Shown here in pieces: positions 34,115 through 44,224 of a DNA stretch of 64,000 nucleotides. The translations under genes were made by a program, and so were the position numbers. The notes beneath the pieces were generated by a model. It was not told where the DNA came from. It ran no database searches and saw only the letters and a list, made by a program, of their open reading frames with translations. Where the stretch lies: contig CM000207.1 in assembly GCA_000002445.1 (NCBI GenBank), positions 928,001 through 992,000 on the forward strand. The letters run 5' to 3'. Source of the DNA: Trypanosoma brucei (taxonomy: Eukaryota). Within the stretch, counting starts at the first letter, position 1; every line of letters begins with the position of its first letter.

Positions 34115-35146
34115 ATGGTGAGGACGACACGCTTTTCACGCAACAGTTCCAAACCACTGTTTCAGCAATTACAGCTTATTACATCGTATGGACTCTTTCA
34201 GGAGTATCCACCCATTTGGTCACTTCCCCTTCCACCTCAACAACCTCGTGATACGGGAAAACCCACACTGGTGCTTGATATTGATGAAACACTGATTCAT
34301 ACTGTGGGGATGCGGAATGAGGGGTCGGATTCTGTCTCCTTCAGTTTCTTCCTGCGTCCACATGCGAAGGAATTTCTCGCGGAGGTACGTGAACTGTACG
34401 AAGTTGTGTTCTGGACGGCTGGTACCGCATCCTACTGCTCAGCTGTTATGGATGCACTGGAGGTGCAGGTGTTACAACTCCCACGATCATTTTACAATAT
34501 TGATGAACTCCGCGTAGAGGCACGTGGTGGAATCTCCACCAAGAATGTTAACTTCTATGCCCTTTCCCGAACTCAAACGTTACAAGGGCATAATTACATG
34601 AAATACCTTCCAATGCTTGGCAGACCATTGAATCGTGTCATAATGGTAGATGACAATGTGCGCAGCTTTCCTCTTCATCCACGTAACGGTGTTAAGATCG
34701 AACCCTTCCTACCGAATGAACGTGTTTTATCCGAATATGCCCGCATAGTAACCGATGAGGTGAAATATGGTCAAGTTGGTCAGCGGCAGTATGAAGGCGA
34801 AATGGCAAAAGTCATTGAGTGTGGTGAGGAGGAGGTAGCGCGATTGCAAGCGGATCATGCCCTTATGGATCTGATTCCAATGCTACGCTCTGCGGCTTCT
34901 TCAACTGATTTGACTCACGAATTAGACCATTGGCGTACGGATGAGTACACAAAGTGTGACGACTTTCGTGAAACGATGAACTCTCTCTCAGTGACAAGGC
35001 AGAAGATTCTTGGTAATGTTCTTAAGGAGCGACGCAACGTACCGATTCCGCCTCTCAAGCAGCACGTGATGAATCATGGATTTATGGAGGAGGCAAATGC
35101 CGCTATGAAGTTGGAGCAGATGCGACACACTCCTTCAAGACTTTAG
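34115..35146 (+). CDS. NIF/FCP1-like phosphatase, copy 2. It differs from copy 1 at 7 residues, 5 of them clustered in RVIVIDSDV to RVIMVDDNV.
   Basis: Same motifs as copy 1. Tandem unit 2. Confidence 0.75.
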   Translation: MVRTTRFSRNSSKPLFQQLQLITSYGLFQEYPPIWSLPLPPQQPRDTGKPTLVLDIDETLIHTVGMRNEGSDSVSFSFFLRPHAKEFLAEVRELYEVVFWTAGTASYCSAVMDALEVQVLQLPRSFYNIDELRVEARGGISTKNVNFYALSRTQTLQGHNYMKYLPMLGRPLNRVIMVDDNVRSFPLHPRNGVKIEPFLPNERVLSEYARIVTDEVKYGQVGQRQYEGEMAKVIECGEEEVARLQADHALMDLIPMLRSAASSTDLTHELDHWRTDEYTKCDDFRETMNSLSVTRQKILGNVLKERRNVPIPPLKQHVMNHGFMEEANAAMKLEQMRHTPSRL

Positions 35147-35590
35147 GAGTATACATCTTAACGGTTAATATACATCTACCGTTGAACTGATGACGGAGCG
35201 TATTCGTTTATTAATTAATTAATTTATGAGTCACATATTTGAGCGATGGCTATTGATCGTGTACGTTACGATACTCTTTCTCCTTTTATTGTTAAAAGTT
35301 GTGTGTTTAATACCAATTTTGAGGAGCATCACATGTTATTGTTTTTTTTTTGTTTCATTATTTAGTACATTATTTATTATTGTTTTCTCTTAGTATCGTT
35401 TTGAGGTCTCTTCCTTTTTTTTTCTTATACTGAATGAAACCGCTTGTTTCAAAAAAATATTTGTTATACCCTTCTTCTACCTTCATTATCCATACACTCA
35501 TATATATATATACATGCATACATATTTTAATAAGTGTTGATTTCTGTACGCACTGGGTGAAGCAAGTACAGTGACTGTAGTGCTCTGGAG

Positions 35591-38545
35591 ATGATGCAAC
35601 GTGATACTGAGGGGTCTAGTACCTCTTTTGGTTCTTGCCGAACTGCATCTGATGTTTCCTCGCAGGTTTTAGAGGCTTTTAATCAGGCGGAGGAACGTAC
35701 ATCTGCTGTGTGGAGCCGTATTGGGGTTGCTGAAGTGGACAGACGAAATAAGTGGAACAGTTTTGTGGAAAGTCGCTTACTTGTGTATGTGAATGACTTT
35801 GTTCGACTGCAGGAGGCGGAGGAGATGTCCCTCGCAGCGGAGAACGACCGACTCTTTCGGGAAATGTTTTTCGCCTCTGTACGGTTGAAGGAACCTCCTC
35901 AATGCAAAATGTTGTCTCAACTTGTTGAGTCTATCTTGGAACAATCTGCATCTTTGTCGGCGGAAAAGTCTGAGGATGACCAACCCCCACTGCGTAAGAG
36001 AGCTATCACACCAGATATGTCTAACAATGGGGAACTGTGTTACAATGTTAGCTCGCGGAGTGGCTCTCCTCTCCGTAATAAAATGTACGCGGATGCTACC
36101 ATAGATGAGATGAGTGAATCTGTCACTCTACCATCTTTTGTCACCGCGACAACGATGCTGGCCGCAAAGTGGGGAGACACACCAGATGATCGTAACACAT
36201 CGCGTTTACCCTCTTTTCACAATGAATTTCAGCGGCAGAAGCGGGAGCGTAGTAGTCCGAACCCGTCGGCGCTCCCTCAAGAGGGAATACATCAACGAGA
36301 CTCAGCCTGGACGGCACTGTGGCATCTGGCTCAGAACATGACCCACCAGGAGCTTAACCGTACTCTTGAAAGCGAGGTAGAGCGCATGAACTTCCTTGCT
36401 GACGTTAGACTGGGACAGTTATGCTTTTTGTACAAGCAACACGCTTTGTTACAGTTGCCACCACAAGAACAAATAGAGCTGCGAAGACAGTATGCCGAAA
36501 AGTTTCTTTCGACTGACGTTCACGGAAAAGTGTTGCACCAATCCCGCCACGCATCGCTGGTTCCGGGGCTTGGTAACCAAAACCTAATGAACGCAGTGCG
36601 ACCCACCTCTTCTGACGCGAAAACCCCGGGTATCTCCTCATCACAATGCACAATCGGCACGTCCGACTGCAGAAGCTCTGTCGTGAGGGATGAGTTTGAC
36701 CTTCTTTCAGATTCTATACCTGACCAACTACGTACGTCACAGGGATTTCCACCACTGAACTACGTTGGTGGCAAAGGTAGTGGTAACGACACAGAGGAGA
36801 GCTGCCGCAGTGGAGGCTCCTCTGCTGGAGCCCAACGAGGCGAAGCCTCAGCGCGTGGAACCATCTTCGCGGTTGATGTGGATGATGTTTTGCGCTTTGG
36901 GCGGCGACAGGACTTGTCGTTAGAACGCATAAATACTGAAGCACACGTAATTCATGGAAAGATCATTGCGCAGAATACCCGTATGGCTGATGAGTGCGAA
37001 GGGGAGGTGAAGTGCATCGACGAGCTCTGGGCCATGCTAGAGGACACTAAGTCCACTGAGAAGGGCGAGAGGCGCAGCGGAAGAGGACAAGAAGAGGGTG
37101 GTGAAGGGATATCCCAATTTGCGAAGGATAACGAAAGTGCAGTTCCATCACAACAAGAGTTTATGTCCCGTTTAAATCAGTTGCTATATGATTACGAGCA
37201 TCCAGAGGAATGTGTGTCTCCGGCCGTGCTGCTTCCAGTGGAGGGGGGAAAACACTTCGATTTCTCGGAGGGGACTCCAGGTCAAAGGACTGTTTCGCCC
37301 GTTCTAAGTTGTGGCTACAACGCTGGCGCTTCCAATAGCATCACTGGTGCCGGTGGGCCTGTCAACCATTTGCCTGCACCGCTTCTTAAACTCTTTACTG
37401 TGCCCTCTTATGCGCCTATCCTTGCATATGCTGTCAATATGCGAGAGCGGCTGCAACGCTTTGTGCTTCAGAAAAGGATGTGCCTGGTGCGCAGAGTCAC
37501 AGATCAATTGACTGATGCGTACCAGCACTATTACAATCGGACCCATGATCCTGCATACCGTGTGACACCAGATTACTCGCAGTGGATGAAGGGGATCAGT
37601 GGCACTGCGTTGGCTGGTGGACTCAACCTTAGCACTAGCATCAGCATCAACAATAGTGACAGCGGTTCTGTCTGGCAGCAACTACTGTACAAATTCAAAC
37701 CCCGTGTGAATAATGAGGACTTGAAAGAGCTTCTTAAAGAGGTTCAGCACGTTGAGCGTCGTGCAGGGGCTGAATTGGACTCTCTTAATGCACGTCTGAG
37801 GATACTAGACGAGCTTGGTCCGTTGCTGCAACGGCGGGATGAAATTCTCCAGCAACAACGGGCAATTCAAGAAGGCAGCCGCGAACGCCTTCTCAGCAGA
37901 AAGGTGAACATGGCCAAGCAGTTGCTGTATGAAGAAAACGTACGTCGCCAGTGTGTGCACGAGCTGCCAAAGATTTACGGACAGATAGCGGAGTCGTTGC
38001 GACGTTGGAATGAGGAGGTCACCGACAAGAGTAGTAAAGGAGAAACAAACAGCGCTAGACGTCTTCTTATCAACGGCGTGGATGTTGCCGAGCTTATCAA
38101 CGAATATTACGCCTCGGTAGCGAGCACAACAAATACCCGCCGCCCCGTGCGTTCAAGGTCAGCGACAGCAAGTGCCACCACGAGTAGAAACAACTCGCCA
38201 TCCCCTTTGCCCTCTCGAGGCGATGCCCACGCCCTGACGCCACCACGTCACCCGATGCGTAAAATGTCTCCTGCACCACGCACTCCAATGGCTCTTCGTG
38301 AAGAGTACATTCCCTCAGGGAAGCCATCCATAGTGAATCTTGGGGCATCACCGAGTTTGCGTGTACGGTCTCAACCTAATATTAGTCAACGTCCTGCCAT
38401 GAAATCTGGCGAACCGTCACCAGTGAAGACTATGACTCCGTTGACGAGGAAGCTTCACCCTCATAACCCCCACCTCCGTAGTGAATCACCCGTGGCGGCA
38501 ACGCGAGAAACGCTTTTCAAAGATTCACGAAAAGCAAACAGGTAA
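35591..38545 (+). CDS. Hypothetical protein (984 aa), Ser/Thr/Pro-rich with a basic S/P-rich C-terminal tail. No recognisable domain.
   Basis: Long ATG-initiated ORF in the polycistron. A polypyrimidine tract lies upstream. Composition is coding-like. Confidence 0.5.
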   Translation: MMQRDTEGSSTSFGSCRTASDVSSQVLEAFNQAEERTSAVWSRIGVAEVDRRNKWNSFVESRLLVYVNDFVRLQEAEEMSLAAENDRLFREMFFASVRLKEPPQCKMLSQLVESILEQSASLSAEKSEDDQPPLRKRAITPDMSNNGELCYNVSSRSGSPLRNKMYADATIDEMSESVTLPSFVTATTMLAAKWGDTPDDRNTSRLPSFHNEFQRQKRERSSPNPSALPQEGIHQRDSAWTALWHLAQNMTHQELNRTLESEVERMNFLADVRLGQLCFLYKQHALLQLPPQEQIELRRQYAEKFLSTDVHGKVLHQSRHASLVPGLGNQNLMNAVRPTSSDAKTPGISSSQCTIGTSDCRSSVVRDEFDLLSDSIPDQLRTSQGFPPLNYVGGKGSGNDTEESCRSGGSSAGAQRGEASARGTIFAVDVDDVLRFGRRQDLSLERINTEAHVIHGKIIAQNTRMADECEGEVKCIDELWAMLEDTKSTEKGERRSGRGQEEGGEGISQFAKDNESAVPSQQEFMSRLNQLLYDYEHPEECVSPAVLLPVEGGKHFDFSEGTPGQRTVSPVLSCGYNAGASNSITGAGGPVNHLPAPLLKLFTVPSYAPILAYAVNMRERLQRFVLQKRMCLVRRVTDQLTDAYQHYYNRTHDPAYRVTPDYSQWMKGISGTALAGGLNLSTSISINNSDSGSVWQQLLYKFKPRVNNEDLKELLKEVQHVERRAGAELDSLNARLRILDELGPLLQRRDEILQQQRAIQEGSRERLLSRKVNMAKQLLYEENVRRQCVHELPKIYGQIAESLRRWNEEVTDKSSKGETNSARRLLINGVDVAELINEYYASVASTTNTRRPVRSRSATASATTSRNNSPSPLPSRGDAHALTPPRHPMRKMSPAPRTPMALREEYIPSGKPSIVNLGASPSLRVRSQPNISQRPAMKSGEPSPVKTMTPLTRKLHPHNPHLRSESPVAATRETLFKDSRKANR

Positions 38546-39125
38546 TGATACTACAGCCGGGCGGCTGACTGCTGCTTGTTGTACCTGTTATTCAACCGTC
38601 TTTTTTTTTTTTTGAAAAAATTGTTATTGTCACTTTCAAGGATTGAAAGGGGCTTTCACATTAGAGTGGAAAGTGAATATAAGGGAAAGAAAACACGACC
38701 AACAATAGTAGAAAGTTGTCTACATATACATCTCTCCCCTCTCTCTCTACCTTCACACCGTAGACCTCGCTCGTTACCGAAGCGTACTGTACTAATGACT
38801 TCAGTAGCTTCTCCGTTCTGTTGTTTTCTTTTCTGTTACGGTCCGCACACGCGGTTGCATTTGTATGCGCACTCTGCATTATTATTATTATTATTTTGTC
38901 TTCCTCCTTCCCTATACTCCAATGACGTTAGAACGGTAGGAGTCAGCTCAGCGTCCACACGGTGGCTTCTTCTCGGCTTAGAGTTGAAGAAAGGTGAAAA
39001 GTAGAAAATTGAAGGTTTATTTATCTATTTAATTTTTTAAAAAAATCAAATTTCAAACCCCAAGTAGGGAACAATTAGGAAGAAACCAGATAGTAGTACG
39101 AGCATTGCAATCGCCTCTAACGGTC

Positions 39126-39599
39126 ATGTCATTTCCAAAGGAATGGACCGACACGTGGAATCTCTTTGACGATCGCCGCTCTGGCAGCGTAACACACTCC
39201 GATGTGAAACACATCATTCGCAGCTTGGGTCGCCGTTACACTGAAGCGGAGTTCAATGAGTTGCTGCACGACATCCCCGATCCGATCCCATACCAATCTT
39301 TTGTGGAAATCATGCAGAAACCATATAATGGTCCAACCGAAGACGACCTGCGCACAGCGTTGCGTGCATTTGACGGTAACGACTCGGGCCAATTAAAACT
39401 TTCAGAGCTCATTACGCTACTCACGTCCCTCGGAGAGAAGATGCCGGAGGCGGAGGTGAAACAATTACTCTCAGAGGTTCACACCAATGAAGATGGCCGA
39501 GTAAATATTGATGATCTCGCGCGGTTCCTTTGCACTCCGTTACCCACAACACAACCGGATATTGCTGAGCTGCAGAAGCAACTGGCGGGCATCTCTTAA
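39126..39599 (+). CDS. Small EF-hand protein (calmodulin/myosin-light-chain-like, ~157 aa)
   Basis: Two recognisable EF-hand loop regions (FDDRRSGSVTHSDV and FDGNDSGQLKLSEL) plus a C-terminal lobe (EVHTNEDGRVNIDDL). The track ORF starts at TTG 39105. The first ATG is 39126. Confidence 0.55.
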   Translation: MSFPKEWTDTWNLFDDRRSGSVTHSDVKHIIRSLGRRYTEAEFNELLHDIPDPIPYQSFVEIMQKPYNGPTEDDLRTALRAFDGNDSGQLKLSELITLLTSLGEKMPEAEVKQLLSEVHTNEDGRVNIDDLARFLCTPLPTTQPDIAELQKQLAGIS

Positions 39600-41248
39600 G
39601 AATAAAGTTTGGGGTTAGGGTTAATGGGGAGAGAGAGAAGCTACAAAAGATTATGAGTGACGGATGGAAAGTGTTAACCAAGTAAATAAAATTTAGAGTT
39701 AGAACTAGACGTGCAGACGGCACTTGAGGGGAAAGTAGAAGCAATGTTTGCATGTTTGTTTGTTGTTGTTGTTGTTGTTTTGCGCATATCTGCTCGCCTG
39801 TTGTAAAAGGGAGAAAACTTTGTTCTGCTCTTCGTTTCTTTCGCACCAGCGGGAACACTAAAAGGAAGAAGCTCAGAGGGTTAACGAAAAGGAGGTCGAG
39901 AGGAAAAGGGGTACTGAAAGAAGAGGTTTGTTGTGTGCTACTTCAGTGCATTCAAGTGTGTATGTATGTGTGTGTGTGTGGGAAAAAGTTAGTGAGAGTT
40001 GAAAAGTGGTACCAATGGGGTGCGAAAGAAAATCACTCAGTTGCAGTTACTTTAAGTGTGTTATGTCTCGCTTGTGTGCAAAGTTCACTTCCTCCACACT
40101 ACGAAGGGGTGTGACGACCACAATACAACACGCACCCACTGGCTTGGTGGCACATATTAAATTCACTCAGATGTGTGTAACCACACTTTCTGCTCTTTGT
40201 TCTCTCTCTCTCTTTTTTTTCCTTTCGTTGAACCACTTTTTGCTCGGTTTTTTTTTGTATTTCCCTGCGTTTGCTCTTTCCTTTGCCCCTCCCTCCCTCC
40301 CTCTGCTTCCCCTCTTATTGTTCTGCCTCATATCAAATCCGCGACACCTCCGTTACGTGCGTGAGGGGTTGTTTTTGTTTTCTGTTTTGCTCTTTTGTTT
40401 CTTTTTCTCTCTTCCCGCTTTCTTTTTTTTTTTGTGTATTCACACGGGTGCGCCCTCTTGTACCGCAGCCAAACTCAGTTGTTTATAGCAGTTGGTGTTT
40501 ATTTCTTTTCGTGTTTTTTAAGTTCACCTTTTTTTTTGTAAATACCTGGGTACTTGGTTGCATGCACCCTTTCTCTTTCGTTTCGTGGCCGTCGTTTACT
40601 TCCAATGGAGTTGGGGCAACTTGAACTTTTATGGCCGACAGGAAAACAACAACATCAAAAGGAACAATAAACAAATAAGAAACGATGAGAAAAGAGAAAC
40701 TGAAAGGAAAAAAAAGGAGGGAGTGCTACCCGGGGTGTCCAAACGGCTAAACGATTGGACGTGATGTATATGTTGATGCCGGCTGCTCCGTGTGTAAAAT
40801 AAAGTTGTATGTATGTGTGTCCTTTATCCCCCCCCTCCCGCACACACACACACACCCTTTTGTCCCTCTTCCTTAATCCTGCTTGCAGGGAAGCAGTACC
40901 AAAAAACCAATAGTGGACAGATGAAGGGAAATATGACCAGACCGCCGTTTTGTTGCTGTTCGTCGAAATAATTTCTTCGGGAATAATATCCGTTGGCGCT
41001 TACTTTTTTTTTTTTCTTTTTGTTTATATTGCAGACCGGCAGGGAGACCCCACCCCCCTCCCGCTAGCACCCCCTACGTGGCTATTTCAAGGAAAGAAGG
41101 AGGGACACTATTTTAAACAGGTGTGCAAATATTCGGCCACTGCAGTATATTTGAGCACCTTAAGGAGGTGTGACCAATAACGTCAAGCACACACAACGAC
41201 GTTCAAGAGGAAATACAAGATAAAGAAAACATAAAATAAAACACTCCC

Positions 41249-43624
41249 ATGAACTCCGGTAGCCCAAGTCCTGTCCGTAGTGCAGAGATAAACGAAGCGG
41301 AAGAGGTGGAGCGCGGCGGGTTGCTACCGCCTCTACATTCGGATTCAAGCACCTCGTCGCGCTCCAGGGAACTTTCATCACCCAACCCTGCTTTTGGTGT
41401 TGTTCCAACCGTGTCCAGTTGGACAGGTGGCTCGCCTTCCTCAGATTCATGGAATGATATGAGCCGCTGTTCATCCGGCCACAGCGGTCAATCACAAACT
41501 GTGGAGAACCGACATCGGTCAGCAAATCCTGTGTTTTCGTTTGGCCCACGAACAACGAGCGGCGGGAGCCTGCGGAGCGGTACATTACCGAACTTACCAA
41601 AAGTGGTCCTGCACACAAGGAAAGACAATGTAATGAGGGAACACATTTACTGCGTCGGAACACCGGACGGTAGGCGTGGGTTCTTAGCGAATTGCTTGAT
41701 ACACGCAGAGGACATGGACACAAAAGCGATCGTGGAAGAAATGATTCCCGGAATGTTACTGGTCTCGACCTTCAGCGATTCCTGCTGCACAACAGCCAGT
41801 GTGCTCTCAGGTTTAGTAAAGCATTTGCGTGTTGTTAAGAAGGATGTGTTTGTGTACTTTATTGGTCTCATTGTGAGCCTTTGTTGCTCTCCCGATCTCA
41901 TGGTCGTGCGCCAGATCTCATCCTCTCTTCGGGACATCGTTCAGTTTGTGGAGGATGAAGTTGTTGAGGAGATCCTTGCACCGCTTGTCATGTCGATGAA
42001 CATGTCGGAGTGGAGCTCGCCGAAGGCGGTTGCAGCTTCTTTGCTTGGGGCACTGGCAACTCGCAAAAACGTCATCCGTGCAAGTGAACAAAGTGTCAAA
42101 CAGTATTTTAATCAGTTCGTCAATCTTGCTGGAGATGGGAGCACATTTGTGAGGCAGGTTTGCGCTGAGTCGATGCATTTTTGGATTTCAGTGGCTGGAG
42201 CGCACCAAGTAAGCCTCAAGGAGATGACACTGTCACTCGTGCGCAAGCGCATGTCCAGGGATGGTAGCGACGCTGTTCGCTACAGCTATGTTGCTCAGCT
42301 GCTCCCACTAGCTGAAAAAATTGGAAGGTCAGAAACAACAAAACATCTGCAGAGTTTGCTTATCAGTGCAAGCAGTGACAGTAGTTGGCGTGTCAGATAT
42401 TACACTGCGAACTGTCTTTCCGCCTTTTCTCGTCTGTGTATGAGACCATCGGATCTCGTTGGAGTGTTTATGAGCCTCAGTAGGGATGAAATGAAGGAGG
42501 TGCGTGCCGCTGTTGTTGAACAACTCGGTGCGTTTACTCCAGACATTGTACCTATGCAAGTGGCTGTCAGGGCTTGTATTAGCGTTTCCCTTCTTGCCAA
42601 GGATGAAGAACCTCTAGTTAGAGAGGCAGTTGCAAAACAACTACATTTACTACTATCGCCCTTGATTGTGCAAATGTACTCGTCGGACCAGCGGCAGCAG
42701 TTGCTGATGTTGCTCACCGACACAAATTTCACTGTAGCCGAAACTGCCACACGGAACTCGGCTCGAGTAGTTGAGACCCTGCTCAAATATATGCAGGCTG
42801 ACGCTCCGATAAACTTATCTGGTTCTTCTCCCTCTATTCCCATTGAGCATACGAACAGCGCTGCTGCGGCACGAAGCAGTGGTCCAAAGAAAACTACGAA
42901 GGGTTCGGCAGCAGAGGAAGCGGCAGTAGTGGGTGCAGATAAAAAGGGGATGGAGGACCACGCAACGGAAGAGTTTATAGACCGTACAGCAGAGGAGTTA
43001 AGGGCGCACGCTACAAGTGTTGTGGTGGGCCTTGCAGAAAAGCTGCGCTGCGTGAGTGAGTCATCCATTTGGCGTATGCGTGAAGCTGCTGTGGATGCTC
43101 TCCGTCACTTCTGCGCTGCAATGCCATGGGAGGAATTTACGCCACTCTTGAATACCATACGTGCCCTATTGAGGGATCCGGTCAATGTTGTTCGTACACG
43201 CTCCGCAGACACACTTGCAGTGGTTGCCGGGGCGTATGGGCCAGAGATGGCGGCTTTCATGATGTCTGAACTTCTCGACAACGAGTTTGATTTAGCAAAC
43301 AACCTGCCGTTTACCTCGAGGATAGTGGCTATTCGCTGCTTGTCCTCCCTTGTTCCATTAGTTGACAGTTTTCGTTCGGGCGACAACCGGCACCACGAGT
43401 TGCGTGAGCGCTGGGTATCAACAATTTCATTACTCGCGGAGGATGATGTACCTAACGTACGCTTGATGCTCGCGAGAACTATAGCAGAGCACTGGAATTG
43501 GTATAAGTCGTGCGCTGCGAAGAGTGAAGTTATATGTAACTGCGTGGAGCGGCTAAAGCGTGATGTAGATGTAGATGTAGTAAACGCTGTAAGGGATCTC
43601 CACTTAAATTTCCGTAAGGCATGA
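41249..43624 (+). CDS. HEAT-repeat protein. The C-terminal repeats resemble the PP2A scaffold A subunit (PR65). Possibly a divergent PP2A A-subunit.
   Basis: The C-terminal segment DDVPNVRLMLARTIAEHW...RDVDVDVVNAVRDL resembles PR65 (DPVANVRFNVAKSLQKI...DQDVDVKYFAQEAL). Upstream are repeated ~39-aa helical units with VR..A...L. The N-terminal ~150 aa are Ser-rich and low complexity. Confidence 0.4.
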   Translation: MNSGSPSPVRSAEINEAEEVERGGLLPPLHSDSSTSSRSRELSSPNPAFGVVPTVSSWTGGSPSSDSWNDMSRCSSGHSGQSQTVENRHRSANPVFSFGPRTTSGGSLRSGTLPNLPKVVLHTRKDNVMREHIYCVGTPDGRRGFLANCLIHAEDMDTKAIVEEMIPGMLLVSTFSDSCCTTASVLSGLVKHLRVVKKDVFVYFIGLIVSLCCSPDLMVVRQISSSLRDIVQFVEDEVVEEILAPLVMSMNMSEWSSPKAVAASLLGALATRKNVIRASEQSVKQYFNQFVNLAGDGSTFVRQVCAESMHFWISVAGAHQVSLKEMTLSLVRKRMSRDGSDAVRYSYVAQLLPLAEKIGRSETTKHLQSLLISASSDSSWRVRYYTANCLSAFSRLCMRPSDLVGVFMSLSRDEMKEVRAAVVEQLGAFTPDIVPMQVAVRACISVSLLAKDEEPLVREAVAKQLHLLLSPLIVQMYSSDQRQQLLMLLTDTNFTVAETATRNSARVVETLLKYMQADAPINLSGSSPSIPIEHTNSAAAARSSGPKKTTKGSAAEEAAVVGADKKGMEDHATEEFIDRTAEELRAHATSVVVGLAEKLRCVSESSIWRMREAAVDALRHFCAAMPWEEFTPLLNTIRALLRDPVNVVRTRSADTLAVVAGAYGPEMAAFMMSELLDNEFDLANNLPFTSRIVAIRCLSSLVPLVDSFRSGDNRHHELRERWVSTISLLAEDDVPNVRLMLARTIAEHWNWYKSCAAKSEVICNCVERLKRDVDVDVVNAVRDLHLNFRKA

Positions 43625-44224
43625 TGGGCGTTCTTTCGTGAGATACAACGCGGAAGAATCAGCGAACCGTGTGTTGTATTATTCTTTTTTTTTTTTACCA
43701 TCCGCCATGCACACGCGCAGTTGGGCGTGCGCATTCGGGGGGTTTCATGGCTTGTAGTTGCAGATATTGAATGTGTGTTGTTTACTTGGTTATATTTGTT
43801 GGTGGGAACGGCCTTTCTCTCCGACTTTTTTTTTGTGTTGCCGCACCGACAATTTGGAGGTGTCGCCACTGCTGGTGTTCTCGCCCTCTTCTTTTCCCCT
43901 TTTTGAGAAAATAAGGAGATGAAAGGGAGGATTAGCCTCCAAGGTGGTGTGTTCCCACTCATATATATGGAGGCAACTGGATTTCTTCATTTGGTCTCCT
44001 GCTACTGTGGGAGTGTTGATATATGATACACTAAACAATGTGAGTGCAACTGTTGATTGTAACGTTTAACTGGACGCGTTTCTTATCACTGAGCATTTAA
44101 CACTAGTTTTGATCGTTAACTTCTTTTCCGTTCTCCCCTATTTGTATTTACGGTTTGCAATGTAGGCGCCTGTACGGGAGCGGGGAAGGGGGTTTAGGAA
44201 AGCGCACACAATCCGGTGTTGTGC

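Noticed and set aside
30115-35575. Regularly spaced direct repeats that might be mistaken for a CRISPR-like array or a mobile element
   Set aside because: The repeats are kilobase-scale tandem gene duplications (period 2247, 2740 and about 2390/3755 bp) containing intact genes. There are no short repeat/spacer units, no terminal inverted repeats, and no transposase or reverse-transcriptase ORF. This is also a eukaryotic locus, where CRISPR is not expected.
41160-43962. Minus-strand ORFs of 187, 222 and 285 aa (41160-41723, 42400-43068, 43105-43962) overlapping the HEAT-repeat gene
   Set aside because: They lie antisense to a well-supported + strand CDS inside a unidirectional polycistron. 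Their translations are low complexity (Ser/Ala/Thr-rich) with no motifs. Such long antisense ORFs are expected by chance in GC-moderate coding DNA.
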